63,907 nt of DNA, filler included, from Parasitella parasitica NRRL 2501 (GCA_025201805.1; 5 parts of 5 records of this genome joined end to end with filler, not necessarily neighbours in it); one strand, 5' to 3'. Counted from the first letter of the whole stretch, positions 38,587-49,260 are shown. Translations and numbers: made by a program. The notes: generated by a model from the letters alone, not told the origin.

Positions 38587-39189
38587 ATGCGCTTCACTGT
38601 TATTTCTGCTGCCATCTTTCTGGCCATAACCTCTTGTTACTCTGTTGATGCTACTTTAGAAGGTTCTGCATCTCATAATGTAATATCTGTCACGGGCGTA
38701 TCTGGCATCCCAAACAAAGCTGAAAAAAGATCGTTTACTTCTCGTAGCAGAGCTTTTACCCGCGAAAACCATCAACGCCGTAATGGCTCATTACTGCCTA
38801 ACATTGTCCTTCCATCAATCACACCAGCTCAGCCTGCTCCAGCTGCCGCTCCCCCAGCCCCACAGGCTGTATCTTACCCTGCTGCTCAAGGCTATTCCCT
38901 GCCTCAAACTGCCAGCTATCCAGTAACGCAACCAATCACACAACCAGCAACAAGCTACCCACCTCCACAAACAGCAAACTACCCACCGGCACAAGCAGTA
39001 AACTATCTCCCACAGCCACCAGTTCAAAATTACAGTCCCCAGCCAAATCTTGCTTTACCTACTCTTGTGCAAGCGCCAGCAAAAAAAGAAGAAGATGATG
39101 ATGATGAAGACGAGGAAGAAGAAGATGAAGACGAAGAAGATGAAGAAGATTATGATGCAGACGATCTTGTTACCCGTCGTCGTCGCTAA
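38587..39189 (+). CDS. secreted P/Q/Y-repeat acidic protein SP3
   Basis: Signal peptide MRFTVISAAIFLAITSCYSVDA; KRSFTSR-SRAFTRENHQRR; (S/N)YPxxQ repeats; poly-D/E; C-terminus YDADDLVTRRRR; TATAAATA at ~38526. Confidence 0.85.
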   Translation: MRFTVISAAIFLAITSCYSVDATLEGSASHNVISVTGVSGIPNKAEKRSFTSRSRAFTRENHQRRNGSLLPNIVLPSITPAQPAPAAAPPAPQAVSYPAAQGYSLPQTASYPVTQPITQPATSYPPPQTANYPPAQAVNYLPQPPVQNYSPQPNLALPTLVQAPAKKEEDDDDEDEEEEDEDEEDEEDYDADDLVTRRRR

Positions 39190-40113
39190 ACTATTTTAGC
39201 TTTTAAAAGCAATCTTTTTGTAAAGTACATTTAATAAAATCATATAAATAATAGCATATTCCATCTAGTTAACTTCTGTAATTCTATAAAAATTGATGCT
39301 TGCTACACGAACCATTTTTATCTTGAGATAGGGATGTGCAGGAATTTAAGCTAAGAGAGGATAGATAGGACGTCAGCGGATAGTATAGAATACCGAGATT
39401 AAAGGAGTATCACCATTAAAGCCTGTATTGCTTTTGGTCAAATGCGATGTCTGCATGTACTAATTACTTACGTTTACCAAGATAGACCTCCTTTATTAGC
39501 CATGCATTTCCAAGTACACTCTACGATTATTAAGAATTCCTAGAATACAACAAGCAGAGAGCAGCTAAACGGATCAGCCGTCGTTTCATTGAGTCGATCT
39601 TTGAATACTCGTCAAGTTTTTTTGTAAGAGATGCAACGCTTTAAGATCCGTGCGACCTCTGTGTGTACCTTTTTCAAGCTTGGTTGCTTTGATTTGGCAG
39701 CTTGCATGCATTTTTGTCACTCATACACACATCTGAAAGATGTGAAGAGTAATTTTTCCAAATAATACAAAACTACTTTCATAAATCCAAGATGATGCGG
39801 AAATGTCGGTGTTGACAATTATATATTGATAAAAGGCGGCTGATTCTACCTAGAGAGTGAAAATTACTCTTTCTAAATCGATGCAGACATTTTATCCTCT
39901 CCTACGCAATCTACAGATCTCCTTGCCATAGGATCAATGGTCGAATATCAAAACTACATGTATATGCTTTTGGTGATAATAGATTCAATTGTATAAAATA
40001 ACGTATAGATAAGACTTATTCTATTTCTACCTGACAAGCTACATGAGATAAAAGGAACAAGAAAATTTTTGCTTTATCTGCATGTTTCTTCCATTCAGAA
40101 TATAATTAACACC

Positions 40114-40743
40114 ATGCGCTATACTATTTTACACGTTGGAATACTTACCACAATGGCCTTTACAGCTTTTGCAGATATATCTGATCTCTTTGAAGACACA
40201 ATTGGAGAAAGTAACAGAGATGTGTTGGATAAAGTTGTCAGCAATCAGTTTGCTGGAAGTGTCGTCAATGCTATGCCTGCTTCTTCTCCACAAACAAGTT
40301 ATTTCCAAGCAGTTCCTGCAAATTACTATCCTCAAACTGGTTCTGCAAGTTACTATCCTCAGGCAGTTCCTGCAAATTACCCTCAGTCTGTCCCTGCAAA
40401 TTACCCACAGGCAGCTCCTGCAAATTACCCTCAAGCAGCTCCTGCAAATTACCCTCAAGCAGCTCCTGCAAATTTCCCCCAAGTAGCTACAGCCTATAGT
40501 CGTCCAGCAACTGATAATATGGCTCAAGGTTCATCTTCACCTGATATTCAATATATTCCATATCGCGTACCCGAGAATTCTATTAGTAAATTTAAAGGCA
40601 ATGGCTATGTTAATGAGAAAGAAGATGATGATGATGACGAAGATGAAGATGAAGAAGATGAAGAAGAGGAGGATGAAGAGGAAGAGGATGAGGAAGAATT
40701 CGACGCAGATGATTTAATCACTCGTCGTCGTCGCCGTCGTTAA
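40114..40743 (+). CDS. secreted P/Q/Y-repeat acidic protein SP4
   Basis: True start at ATG 40114 (MRYTILHVGILTTMAFTAFA signal peptide); PANYPQAA 24-bp tandem repeats; poly-D/E; C-terminus FDADDLITRRRRRR. Confidence 0.85.
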   Translation: MRYTILHVGILTTMAFTAFADISDLFEDTIGESNRDVLDKVVSNQFAGSVVNAMPASSPQTSYFQAVPANYYPQTGSASYYPQAVPANYPQSVPANYPQAAPANYPQAAPANYPQAAPANFPQVATAYSRPATDNMAQGSSSPDIQYIPYRVPENSISKFKGNGYVNEKEDDDDDEDEDEEDEEEEDEEEEDEEEFDADDLITRRRRRR

Positions 40744-41180
40744 AAACGCAACACTAGCGCTTTTAGTAAACTATCTTTTTCTTTCTGTTTATTGTAAATA
40801 AACTATACTATTTTATGGTCACTGTTCCTGAATTTCACGAGTATTCAATTTTCTTTTAATCCTTTAGTGTTATGGCAAAACACGGGGAACCAAATATTCT
40901 GTGAGGTTGCAAAAGCGTGCAGTACCAAGAAAATAGAAATAAACATAAACATAAACAAAGAGATCACCTGCCTTGCAAATAATGCAAGCATTACCGACTA
41001 CATGTATCGAGAATCAAGATCTTTCAATGACATGTCAAATTTTGGTTGCATATGAAAAGCAGATCCAAGGTCTTATGTAAATGAATGTAATGCCATACAG
41101 TCTGCAGGTAAACAGTTGGAAATTCAAGCATATATATATAACAACCAAACTTTTTGGAAAAGTAGAAAAAATATCTTCTA

Positions 41181-41540
41181 ATGAAATCCACCAAGCTTAT
41201 CCTTGCCTTGGCTTTGGCTTTCATCTATACCTTGTTGGTTGCATGTGCTGATGCAAAGAAATCAATCAAAAAACGAAGCTTGGCAAGATTCAGTGCAAGA
41301 TCTACTGATTCTGAGGTTATTTACATTTCTGACAATGCTCCAGCATTAAAGGCCGCTAAGGCTGATATTCCATCTGTCACCTCACCTGTCGACCAAAGGA
41401 AATTCAAAGGTACAACTACGGCCCCGGTTGCTACTACGAAAAAAGCAAAGAAGGTTAGACCTTACGATCCTGAACATGAGGAACATGAGGGAGAAGAGGC
41501 GGATGAAAATGAAGAGGATGAGGATGAGGTTGGAAATTAG
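41181..41540 (+). CDS. small secreted protein SP5 with basic N-region and acidic tail
   Basis: Signal peptide MKSTKLILALALAFIYTLLVACADA; KKRSLARFSAR; C-terminal EHEEHEGEEADENEEDEDE; TATATATAA upstream, AATAAA downstream. Confidence 0.8.
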   Translation: MKSTKLILALALAFIYTLLVACADAKKSIKKRSLARFSARSTDSEVIYISDNAPALKAAKADIPSVTSPVDQRKFKGTTTAPVATTKKAKKVRPYDPEHEEHEGEEADENEEDEDEVGN

Positions 41541-41662
41541 TGTAGCACATTTCTAAGCACACATGTACCAAATAAATGGAACAGCATAACGCTTGATTTA
41601 TTTATATAATATATATTGCTACATCGTTACATAATATATTCGTTGATAGAGGATATAGTCAA

Positions 41663-43759
41663 TTATTTCATAAGCTTGTTAAACTTCCAGCAATTGAACC
41701 AAAGATGATTATCGGGAGAAACAGGGATAAGGCCTTTACTCTTGTATGAATTGATGTGGTTTCGAATGGGTGTCTCTCCATTGGAGAAAAGCTTGGGCTG
41801 AACCACAGCTAAAATGTAGGTCATAAGTAAATCTCCAGTTAATCCTTCTAAACCAAGTATTTCGACTTCATCCTCGAGCGGGTTTGCAACAAAATCATAT
41901 TCGGACCAGATATCACCACCACCCCACGAACCGCCTTCATTGGAAGCGGCTACACTTGTAGCTGCTTTATGGAACTTTTGACGTTTCAAAGTATATAAAC
42001 CATCTCTTTTGCATTTGAAGGCGTTGATTTTCTTGACTTCAACATCAGGAGTCAATAGCTGTACAGACAACGTGGCATGAAAATAGTAACTTGGGATACA
42101 GTCAGATTGATTTGCGTAATATGAATTTACGAACGATATCAATAGGTCAGGCTGACCAGGCCGATTGGAGCTGATTGTCCAGAAGTTTTTTTCTGTTTCC
42201 GAGCTATTCTCATTTCTATAACCATAGTTATGATCATCGCTGTCGTCTGAATCACTGTCATCTGAATCATTATCACTGCTACCTCCAATCACAATGATCT
42301 TTTTGCCATTTTTTAGAGTTTTTGTCAAAGACAATAAACGTTCCATGGTGTGCAAATCCTCGAGGTTCGTGATGGTCTTCTTCAGGATCTCAAGAGGGTC
42401 ATTCCTTACTTTTGGAGGCAAAGGATGCTTGGTTAGAATAGCATCACGGATAGGAATCAAGTCTTTATCACATACAGCAAGACGGGGAAAGTTGTCAACT
42501 GCAAACTGGCGGAACCAGCCTTTAGTGAGCGTAGTACAGATTCGAAGAAGGGCAGAGCGGTAAGCAAATGCAGGGTCCAATGTTAGTTTTGGCAGCAAGA
42601 ATCGCTCAAGAGAGATGACCATAGCCTCTTCTTTCACGCACTGTATTTGCTTTTCGTAGGGTGCTTTTTCAAATAACTCGCGCGACACCATGGCCTTGGA
42701 CTTGTCAGTCTTCAATTGGTCGTAGATGGGTTCATTTCCGTACATGACAATAGCGTGAACATCATCATGCGGTATGTGGCGAGTGACAAATAAATCGTCA
42801 TCACGACCAAGAAAGTCCTCGTTGGATACATCCAAGCTGATATGAGCGCCAGGAGTACCTCTGAATGCTTCGACTTCTAAGGTACGAGTTTTTAAAAAGT
42901 CTTCGAGTTCGGCCGATCTTGCAGGAGGTGTCAAGGGTTTGCTTTTTTCAGCGCGAATACCAAAGTTAACAGATGTTGAGCCATTAGAGCTGGATGCCAG
43001 TAATACGCGAAGACCATGAAGATCAGCAATGTGCTTTTCGAAGTAGGCCGGCCAGAAAATATGAGATGTCTTGAGCGCTTCTAACAATTCAATGGGGGAC
43101 ACAATGCATTGGAGACCTTTGCTGGGACCAATGGAGAAGTTCATGTAGATACCACTATCTTTTCCGCTATTGCACATACTCAATATTTGGCCAGCAGAAG
43201 AGACTTCGGGAGAGACTTGTTCATTTGCAGCTATTTCGATTTCAAATTTCATGCTCGATTCCTTGTTTTTACCAGAAATTTTGTATAAATGCTCTGGGAT
43301 TGTCTTGAGCTTCTTTTTAATATCATTAGGCAATGGTCTTCTCTTGACGACATTGGCATTCAAAGGTTGCATGACGAGCTTAATTTCGAGGTTACAATTG
43401 CTTTGCTCGCTTTTTATAAGCTCTATTGCTTGTTGCGCAGTAGCTACAATATCCCAATCAGCACATGGGCGGAAGGAGGGAAACCAGAAGGCAGCAGCAC
43501 GAGATCCAATGATGACTGGATTGGCTTGGTTGCTCTCCTCCTTGTTGTCGCTTTGGATTTTTTCAAGATATTTCACAACGCTGACTGCTCCTTCAGCTAC
43601 AACAAATGAGGCAGGAAGCTTTACCACTTCACGAACATCCGCAGCAGAGGGTGATGAAGAACTAGTTTCTCCAACACTGAACACACCATCTGTACGACTA
43701 CGTTTATCACTGCCTGACTTTTTGGGCTCGTTGGTCTTTGTGCGCTTCTTACCAGACAT
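41663..43759 (-). CDS. intronless 698-aa putative Pol-beta-superfamily nucleotidyltransferase-like protein of phage type
   Basis: IIGSRAAAFWFPSFRPCADWD (hGS...DxD), then LKTSHIFW...KHIADL, HDDVH, EEAMVISLERF, ALLRICTTLTKGWFRQFAVDNF; motif order recalled from an uncharacterised tailed-phage family (possibly DUF7275, not verified); K/R-rich N-terminus. Confidence 0.7.
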   Translation of the reverse strand: MSGKKRTKTNEPKKSGSDKRSRTDGVFSVGETSSSSPSAADVREVVKLPASFVVAEGAVSVVKYLEKIQSDNKEESNQANPVIIGSRAAAFWFPSFRPCADWDIVATAQQAIELIKSEQSNCNLEIKLVMQPLNANVVKRRPLPNDIKKKLKTIPEHLYKISGKNKESSMKFEIEIAANEQVSPEVSSAGQILSMCNSGKDSGIYMNFSIGPSKGLQCIVSPIELLEALKTSHIFWPAYFEKHIADLHGLRVLLASSSNGSTSVNFGIRAEKSKPLTPPARSAELEDFLKTRTLEVEAFRGTPGAHISLDVSNEDFLGRDDDLFVTRHIPHDDVHAIVMYGNEPIYDQLKTDKSKAMVSRELFEKAPYEKQIQCVKEEAMVISLERFLLPKLTLDPAFAYRSALLRICTTLTKGWFRQFAVDNFPRLAVCDKDLIPIRDAILTKHPLPPKVRNDPLEILKKTITNLEDLHTMERLLSLTKTLKNGKKIIVIGGSSDNDSDDSDSDDSDDHNYGYRNENSSETEKNFWTISSNRPGQPDLLISFVNSYYANQSDCIPSYYFHATLSVQLLTPDVEVKKINAFKCKRDGLYTLKRQKFHKAATSVAASNEGGSWGGGDIWSEYDFVANPLEDEVEILGLEGLTGDLLMTYILAVVQPKLFSNGETPIRNHINSYKSKGLIPVSPDNHLWFNCWKFNKLMK

Positions 43760-44528
43760 GTTTTGTAGGATTAATTGATGGAGAAAACGAAAACGAGAAA
43801 AAAGAAAAGAAATACTTGTATTTCAATCAAGTTTTTTGCAAGCTTTTATTTAATCAACACCCGTTTGAGAGTATCATGTTACTAGATTTTTGCAGCTGAT
43901 TGAAAGCTTTATTTAACATTATCAAGATACATGAAACATTTGGCTTCTCAAAACTCAAATATGTATGTATTTAAACAATAAACGAGGAATTCAATCGGCT
44001 TGATGTAATCTAAAGCGCAATCCATCATTCTGCTAGTTCGCATAGTTTCAATGGGCACTATGACACTCTCCCGTATAACTGCACATAGTTTTGTACGAGA
44101 TAACGTATGATGGTGAAAGTGGACAGGTTCTGGCCTTGTCGTAGCAGTTATTACGTTGCGCTTACATTGTTATGCTTTGATGATATAGTCCAACTGTCCT
44201 GAGAAAAGTTGGTCGGTCCCTCGTTTGTATATACTCTGACATGTATGCATACTTATGACAAGGTATGTGATAATATTATACTCACAAAAAAGATCGGCCT
44301 TGTGTAGAAGAGGTTGTCCCATGATTTGTATTTCATAGATAAAGAAATTCACAGGGATGAAATCTCTTTATCCTCCTTGCAAACCTGCCACACTTGCCAA
44401 TACAAAAACCACTTTTTATTCGATCATATTGTAATGGAGATGTTAGAGCAAGGAAACAATACAATTATCTTACCTCTTTGCTAAATAGACAATCATTAAC
44501 TTTTTCTTCTAATACATATACAAGCAAA

Positions 44529-44890
44529 ATGCGTTTCGAACTATATCTTGGTTTATTTACTGCCGTTTTCATGGCAGCTTCTGTGCTCGGTAATACTATG
44601 GGCAATGTTGCTAAATCTGACTTCAATCATGGTCTTCCTTGTGCATTCAAACATGTTGGTATAAAAAGATCAGTTAAACTTACTCCCAGGAATTTATCGA
44701 AACGTAGAAGTGGTACTGACGCTTCTGGTCCTGGAGAATCCAGTGGTAGTCCGCATTTCTGACCAAATTACTATTTAAGTTGCTGATGATGATTTAACTG
44801 TGTGTATTGACGCTGAAGGCAATAAAAAATTAATTTGCAGTGAAATGAGAAAAGGCAAGGGTGATGAACCAAGCATATATAGGAGGTAGT
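44529..44890 (+). pseudogene. truncated or decaying paralogue SP6 of the secreted family
   Basis: ATG 44529 MRFELYLGLFTAVFMAASVLG (close to the SP1 signal peptide); KR-SVKLTPRNLSKR cassette; stop at 44760-44762; a shifted frame continues ..VADDDLTVCIDAEG..RKGKGDEPSIYRR*. Confidence 0.6.
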
Positions 44891-45428
44891 CGACGTTGAA
44901 CGTCCGGTGTCAACAAATTAATGTTATTTGAGGAGACGTTTGCTCATAATAACAATGCTCTTTATCCGCCTTCTTTCATGTATGAATTCAAGGAATCACA
45001 CAACGCCCTGCTTAATGTGAAAATGACGCTGTTTACTGTAAGCTATGCCATCAAGTCCAAGTTCATATCAGTATTTACAAGTACAAGCATAGCTTGAACG
45101 TCTGTGGAGAAACCTGTATAGGTCATTTTTCTTAACCAAATCAACTTTACCAAACATATTTCTGTGGTTTAATTTTCTACTGGAGCTTTTGAAGTTGCAA
45201 TCATGGGAAAGACAGTACAAAAAAACTTTTTTTTGTAATTCTTTTCATCGTTTCCATAGTTGCCTCTAAAAGAATGTTAAGGTAGTGTCTTGTGACTAAA
45301 AAAAATATTGTCAGACCCGTCAGAGCATCAATCTTAATCCTTTACATTTCGACCTATGAAACAGAAACACTGTTCAGTCCTGGACGCAGGAAAATTGGAC
45401 CGTACTAGACAACAGTAACGCCACAACT

Positions 45429-46747
45429 ATGGATACGACATACGACCCGAATACATTTCTAAGCGATAGCCAAGCAGCAGTGCTTCAATTTCAAGATTTA
45501 TTCGGACAGGATGAATTGGAGTTTGGAGAAGATAATTCCTCATATTATGATGAATTAACTTTTGGTGTGTACACTTAAAATACAACGACAGAGAAGGCTA
45601 AAATTAACATCATGTATAAATAGTCCCAGATCACACCAACCTGGTTGATACAATCGAACCCTCAGAACTAATTAATCAGAACTATGTTGAGAACATGATC
45701 GGTACCATTATTACAGACGCACCTGTAACGAAAAGACGACGCAGCGGCTCTTGTAGCTCGAACTCGTCATTATCTTCCTACACATCGTCATCTTCTTCAT
45801 CTGAAGGAGAAAGCAAAACATTTTCATCGTTCAGTTCTCGAAGATCAAGCCTCAGTAGCGATTCTGAAGATGAGCAAGAAGAAATAATCGCTCCTTTTAT
45901 GCATCGTCGGCAAATGGAAGAAATGATTTTGGATAAAATCACAAACCAACTCGACGGTGAAAAATTACCTGGTATTTTAACCATCATATCTAAGGAACAA
46001 CAGGAAGAAGAAGAAGAAGTAGAGATTGATCTAGCTCGATTAAATCGAGACCAATTATCGAGGGTATTGTCATATATTGATGCCTGCCTCAAGGAAAAAC
46101 AGGGTGGGCCCAAAGTCAAACTTTCAAATTACACCTTAAAACCAAAACCCATTGCTCCTACATTGGCACAGCAGCAGCAGAAGCAACAACAAACAACGTA
46201 CCGCAGCAATCGCCGTAATCGTAAAAGATCAATTGTCGAGACGGGTCACACTGTTTGTGGATCGACACACTCTCAATTGTCATCCTCACATGGACCACTA
46301 TCCATGTCGGCACTGACAGAACTGGAATCAAGTAGTAACTACAAGAAATCAATCAGCAAACGAAAAAGAAGAGCAAAGAAAAGAAAATCAGAAGACGATA
46401 TGACAGTTCAGATGCCTAATAAACATCATACATTCAAGGATAGCATTGCTTCAACGAAGCCAAAACGAAAAACAGCAGTTCATAAGCGTAAATTACTTGA
46501 ACGAATGCTGCAGTCATCCAGTGACAGTGAGGACGATGACGCAGATGGATGTTCTGGCATCATTGTATTTGGCAACGAACAAATGGATCTTGCTGTCACT
46601 CAAAACAAAACAATTGTACATCAGGAGAGAAGACTATCTATAATTCAGAAAAACATCACACACAAGATAACAGAACCGGATAATGGTGTCAACCGTGGTA
46701 TTCAAGAAGATGATTATGACGATGAGTTGATCGATATCATGATGTAA
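45429..46747 (+). CDS. ET (extra-terminal/NET) domain-containing nuclear protein, 2 exons
   Basis: ILDKITNQLDGEKLPGILTII...EVEIDLARLNRDQLSRVLSYI resembles the BET/Taf14 ET domain; ATG 45429, intron ~45565-45623; basic NLS-like KRKRRAKKRK. Confidence 0.65.
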
Positions 46748-47633
46748 AGCTTTATAATCCTTCGTTCTTTTTCTGTACATTATTTCAATTTTCATATCTT
46801 TGTTTATTTAGTTTTCTGTGTCATAATAATTTTTGTAATAAAAAGTAAATCCCCCCCCCCCCATTATAGCCATACATGGAAGCGTATTATTATTCAACAC
46901 GGGCTTTCCTATGTAGACTTTTCAAATCCTTTTATCTTGGTCTTGTCTGTACGATAAAAATTACACCACAGGAATCAAAAACATTAAGAACCACCTTATT
47001 TACAAGGTATAATCACTATTTGCGTTGCATGCAAAAACAATCAGCAGAAAACTGTGAAGCTCAAGGTGTTGCACCTATAGAATACCATGGTTACCACTAT
47101 TTCGGCTCAGTTGTCATGGCGACTGTTCCCGATCGGTTCTAAGTTTAAATGTAATTCTATCGAGTGGAATTAATTTTGTAATGTCTTGCAAAAGAAACCA
47201 TCTATTTGGTTCTACTTACTTGAATTGTAAAGCTGAACTTATTACCGATGAATGATCCACATTCATAATGATTAACTAATTAAATATAAATAGGTCTTGC
47301 TAGTCTGAATAATACTGTAACGGTATATCAAGCTAAATTCCGAAAGGAGAGACAGATGATTTTGGTTACTTTTTGTAAACAATTATAAATCGAAATGTCA
47401 CTTAGTCAATAGTATTAAAAGGTCAAAATCAAAAATACTACCCTCTATTAATATTGAGTTATCCCCACTTTTTATATTTGTTTACTTACCTTTAAAGAGT
47501 ATTGCCTCCATCGAAAGGCGAGCCCAGTATCTCTTTTCTGTACAAAAAAAGATAGGGCTAAATTGTTGAATTGTGTGCGCTTGGCAGTGATGGGGCTTTG
47601 GTCGAAGCAGGGAAAAGTTACTCCAAACGAAAG

Positions 47634-47682
47634 GCAACCAAGGCAACCAAGGCAACCAAGGCCAGCAAGGCCAGCAAGGCCA
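47634..47682. repeat. 9-bp minisatellite (CAAGGCAAC/CAAGGCCAG)
   Basis: About 5 tandem 9-mers. Confidence 0.8.
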
Positions 47683-48799
47683 ATTGCAAATGCTGAGACT
47701 TGGTCGCGACACATTGTTGTGAGCATTGATAAAGCCTATTTTTTTTTTCCAAAATCCTTTTCCGTCTCCAAAACTCTGTAGCCATCTTCTGTGGTCTTTT
47801 TTTTTTCCGAGTCAACGAATTTGTAAAAGTAGCCAAGCCGGTATCTTGATTAGTTTGGTTGGAGCCCGAAGAGGGAGAGCGAGTTAGAGTCGAGTGCTCA
47901 AAAACATTAGCTTCCACAAATTCTGTGTATATACGTTGTTTAACATTGTTGTGATTTTTCTGGACTCTTGTTTTTTTTTGGGTATTCCAATACTTTTCAA
48001 TAAAGAGATGTACAGCTTATCACAGTCTTTATTTTTTTCTGCAATGTAAATCTTGTCTTCTTTGCTAGTTTTGGATGGGATGTGGTGTTTGGAACCAATT
48101 TTTACCTGTGTTGGTCCAAATTCTCAATTTATCAATATCCTTAGCCTGCCGAAGCAAGTTGTAGCTGCGATTTCAGAAATCGCTGGCTTGTTGTCAATGT
48201 TTGCATTCTGTCTTGTTGCTGTCTTGTTCTTAGTTGTTGATTTTGCTGTTGTAACTGAAAGGATAATGCATCTAATAGGGAATTGTGGAGAGAGTTATGT
48301 CCAACTTCTTTGTTTCGATTGTTGTTGATTGTATGCATCTTGAAAGTAAATTGGCAGATTTAGTCCGCAAGACTGACTGGTCTGATATTGTTCTTCTTAA
48401 TCATCAATAGAAATAAGGCGTCTTTTGCGACCATTCAAAGCGGATGACATAGATGGAATATTATTAACAAGATCAAATGCGAAAATAGTGGTTGATATGT
48501 ATTTTTTTTATAGAATAAATCGAAAATGTGAAGGTTTATTGATGATTTTTAATTTTAGGGCTCTAATAATAAACAATATTTTCGGTTTGAATCAAATTGT
48601 ACCCAAGAAAAGGTAAGAGCATTTCAGGACTTAATTTTACTGTCTCAAATGCAGGAAAATATTTAGTATCTTTCACTCGATTATTAGTATCGTTCACTCA
48701 TTTACCTTCTAAATTTGAAAGTTTCATTGGTTGAAAGAATATCTTTCAATCAGGGCCAACCAATGAAAACACGTGTTCTAATTGAAACTCCGAGCCTCA

Positions 48800-49260
48800 A
48801 ATTGCAAACTGTTTTTGCTGATAACTTTTGATAGGGACATCGCCCATTGGAAACCAAGCTATGATCGGATAGCGATGATCATACCTGTTTTATGGGCGCA
48901 TAAGACAGGCTATATTTTTGTCTATACCGAAGCCAACCAGCGATTATATGCAATTTTGATATGAAAATTTGTAAATATTGTTATGCGCAGAGGATATATG
49001 AACATAATCTGCTCAAAGAGTGTATAACTGCATACAAATAAAATCAGACACAAAACACTAATGACTGTATTGATAATGTGTTTGCAAGATATGCCAAGTC
49101 TTTCAAGTTAGATCGCGGTTTACGGTTCCCTTAGCAGAAGTCATGACCAAATGTTTGAATTATGAACTGTTTCTGCCGATAACTTTTGTTATAGACATCG
49201 CAAAGGGCACAACCCTGACCATATGCCTCCTGTATTACTCAAGCTTAAATCAATTGTCAA
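48800..49260. repeat. diverged copy of the 335-bp repeat family
   Basis: AACTGTTTTTGC.GATAACTTTTGATAG.GACATCGCCC...ATAGCGATGATCAT...GCGCATAAGACAGGCT matches the unit. Confidence 0.75.
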
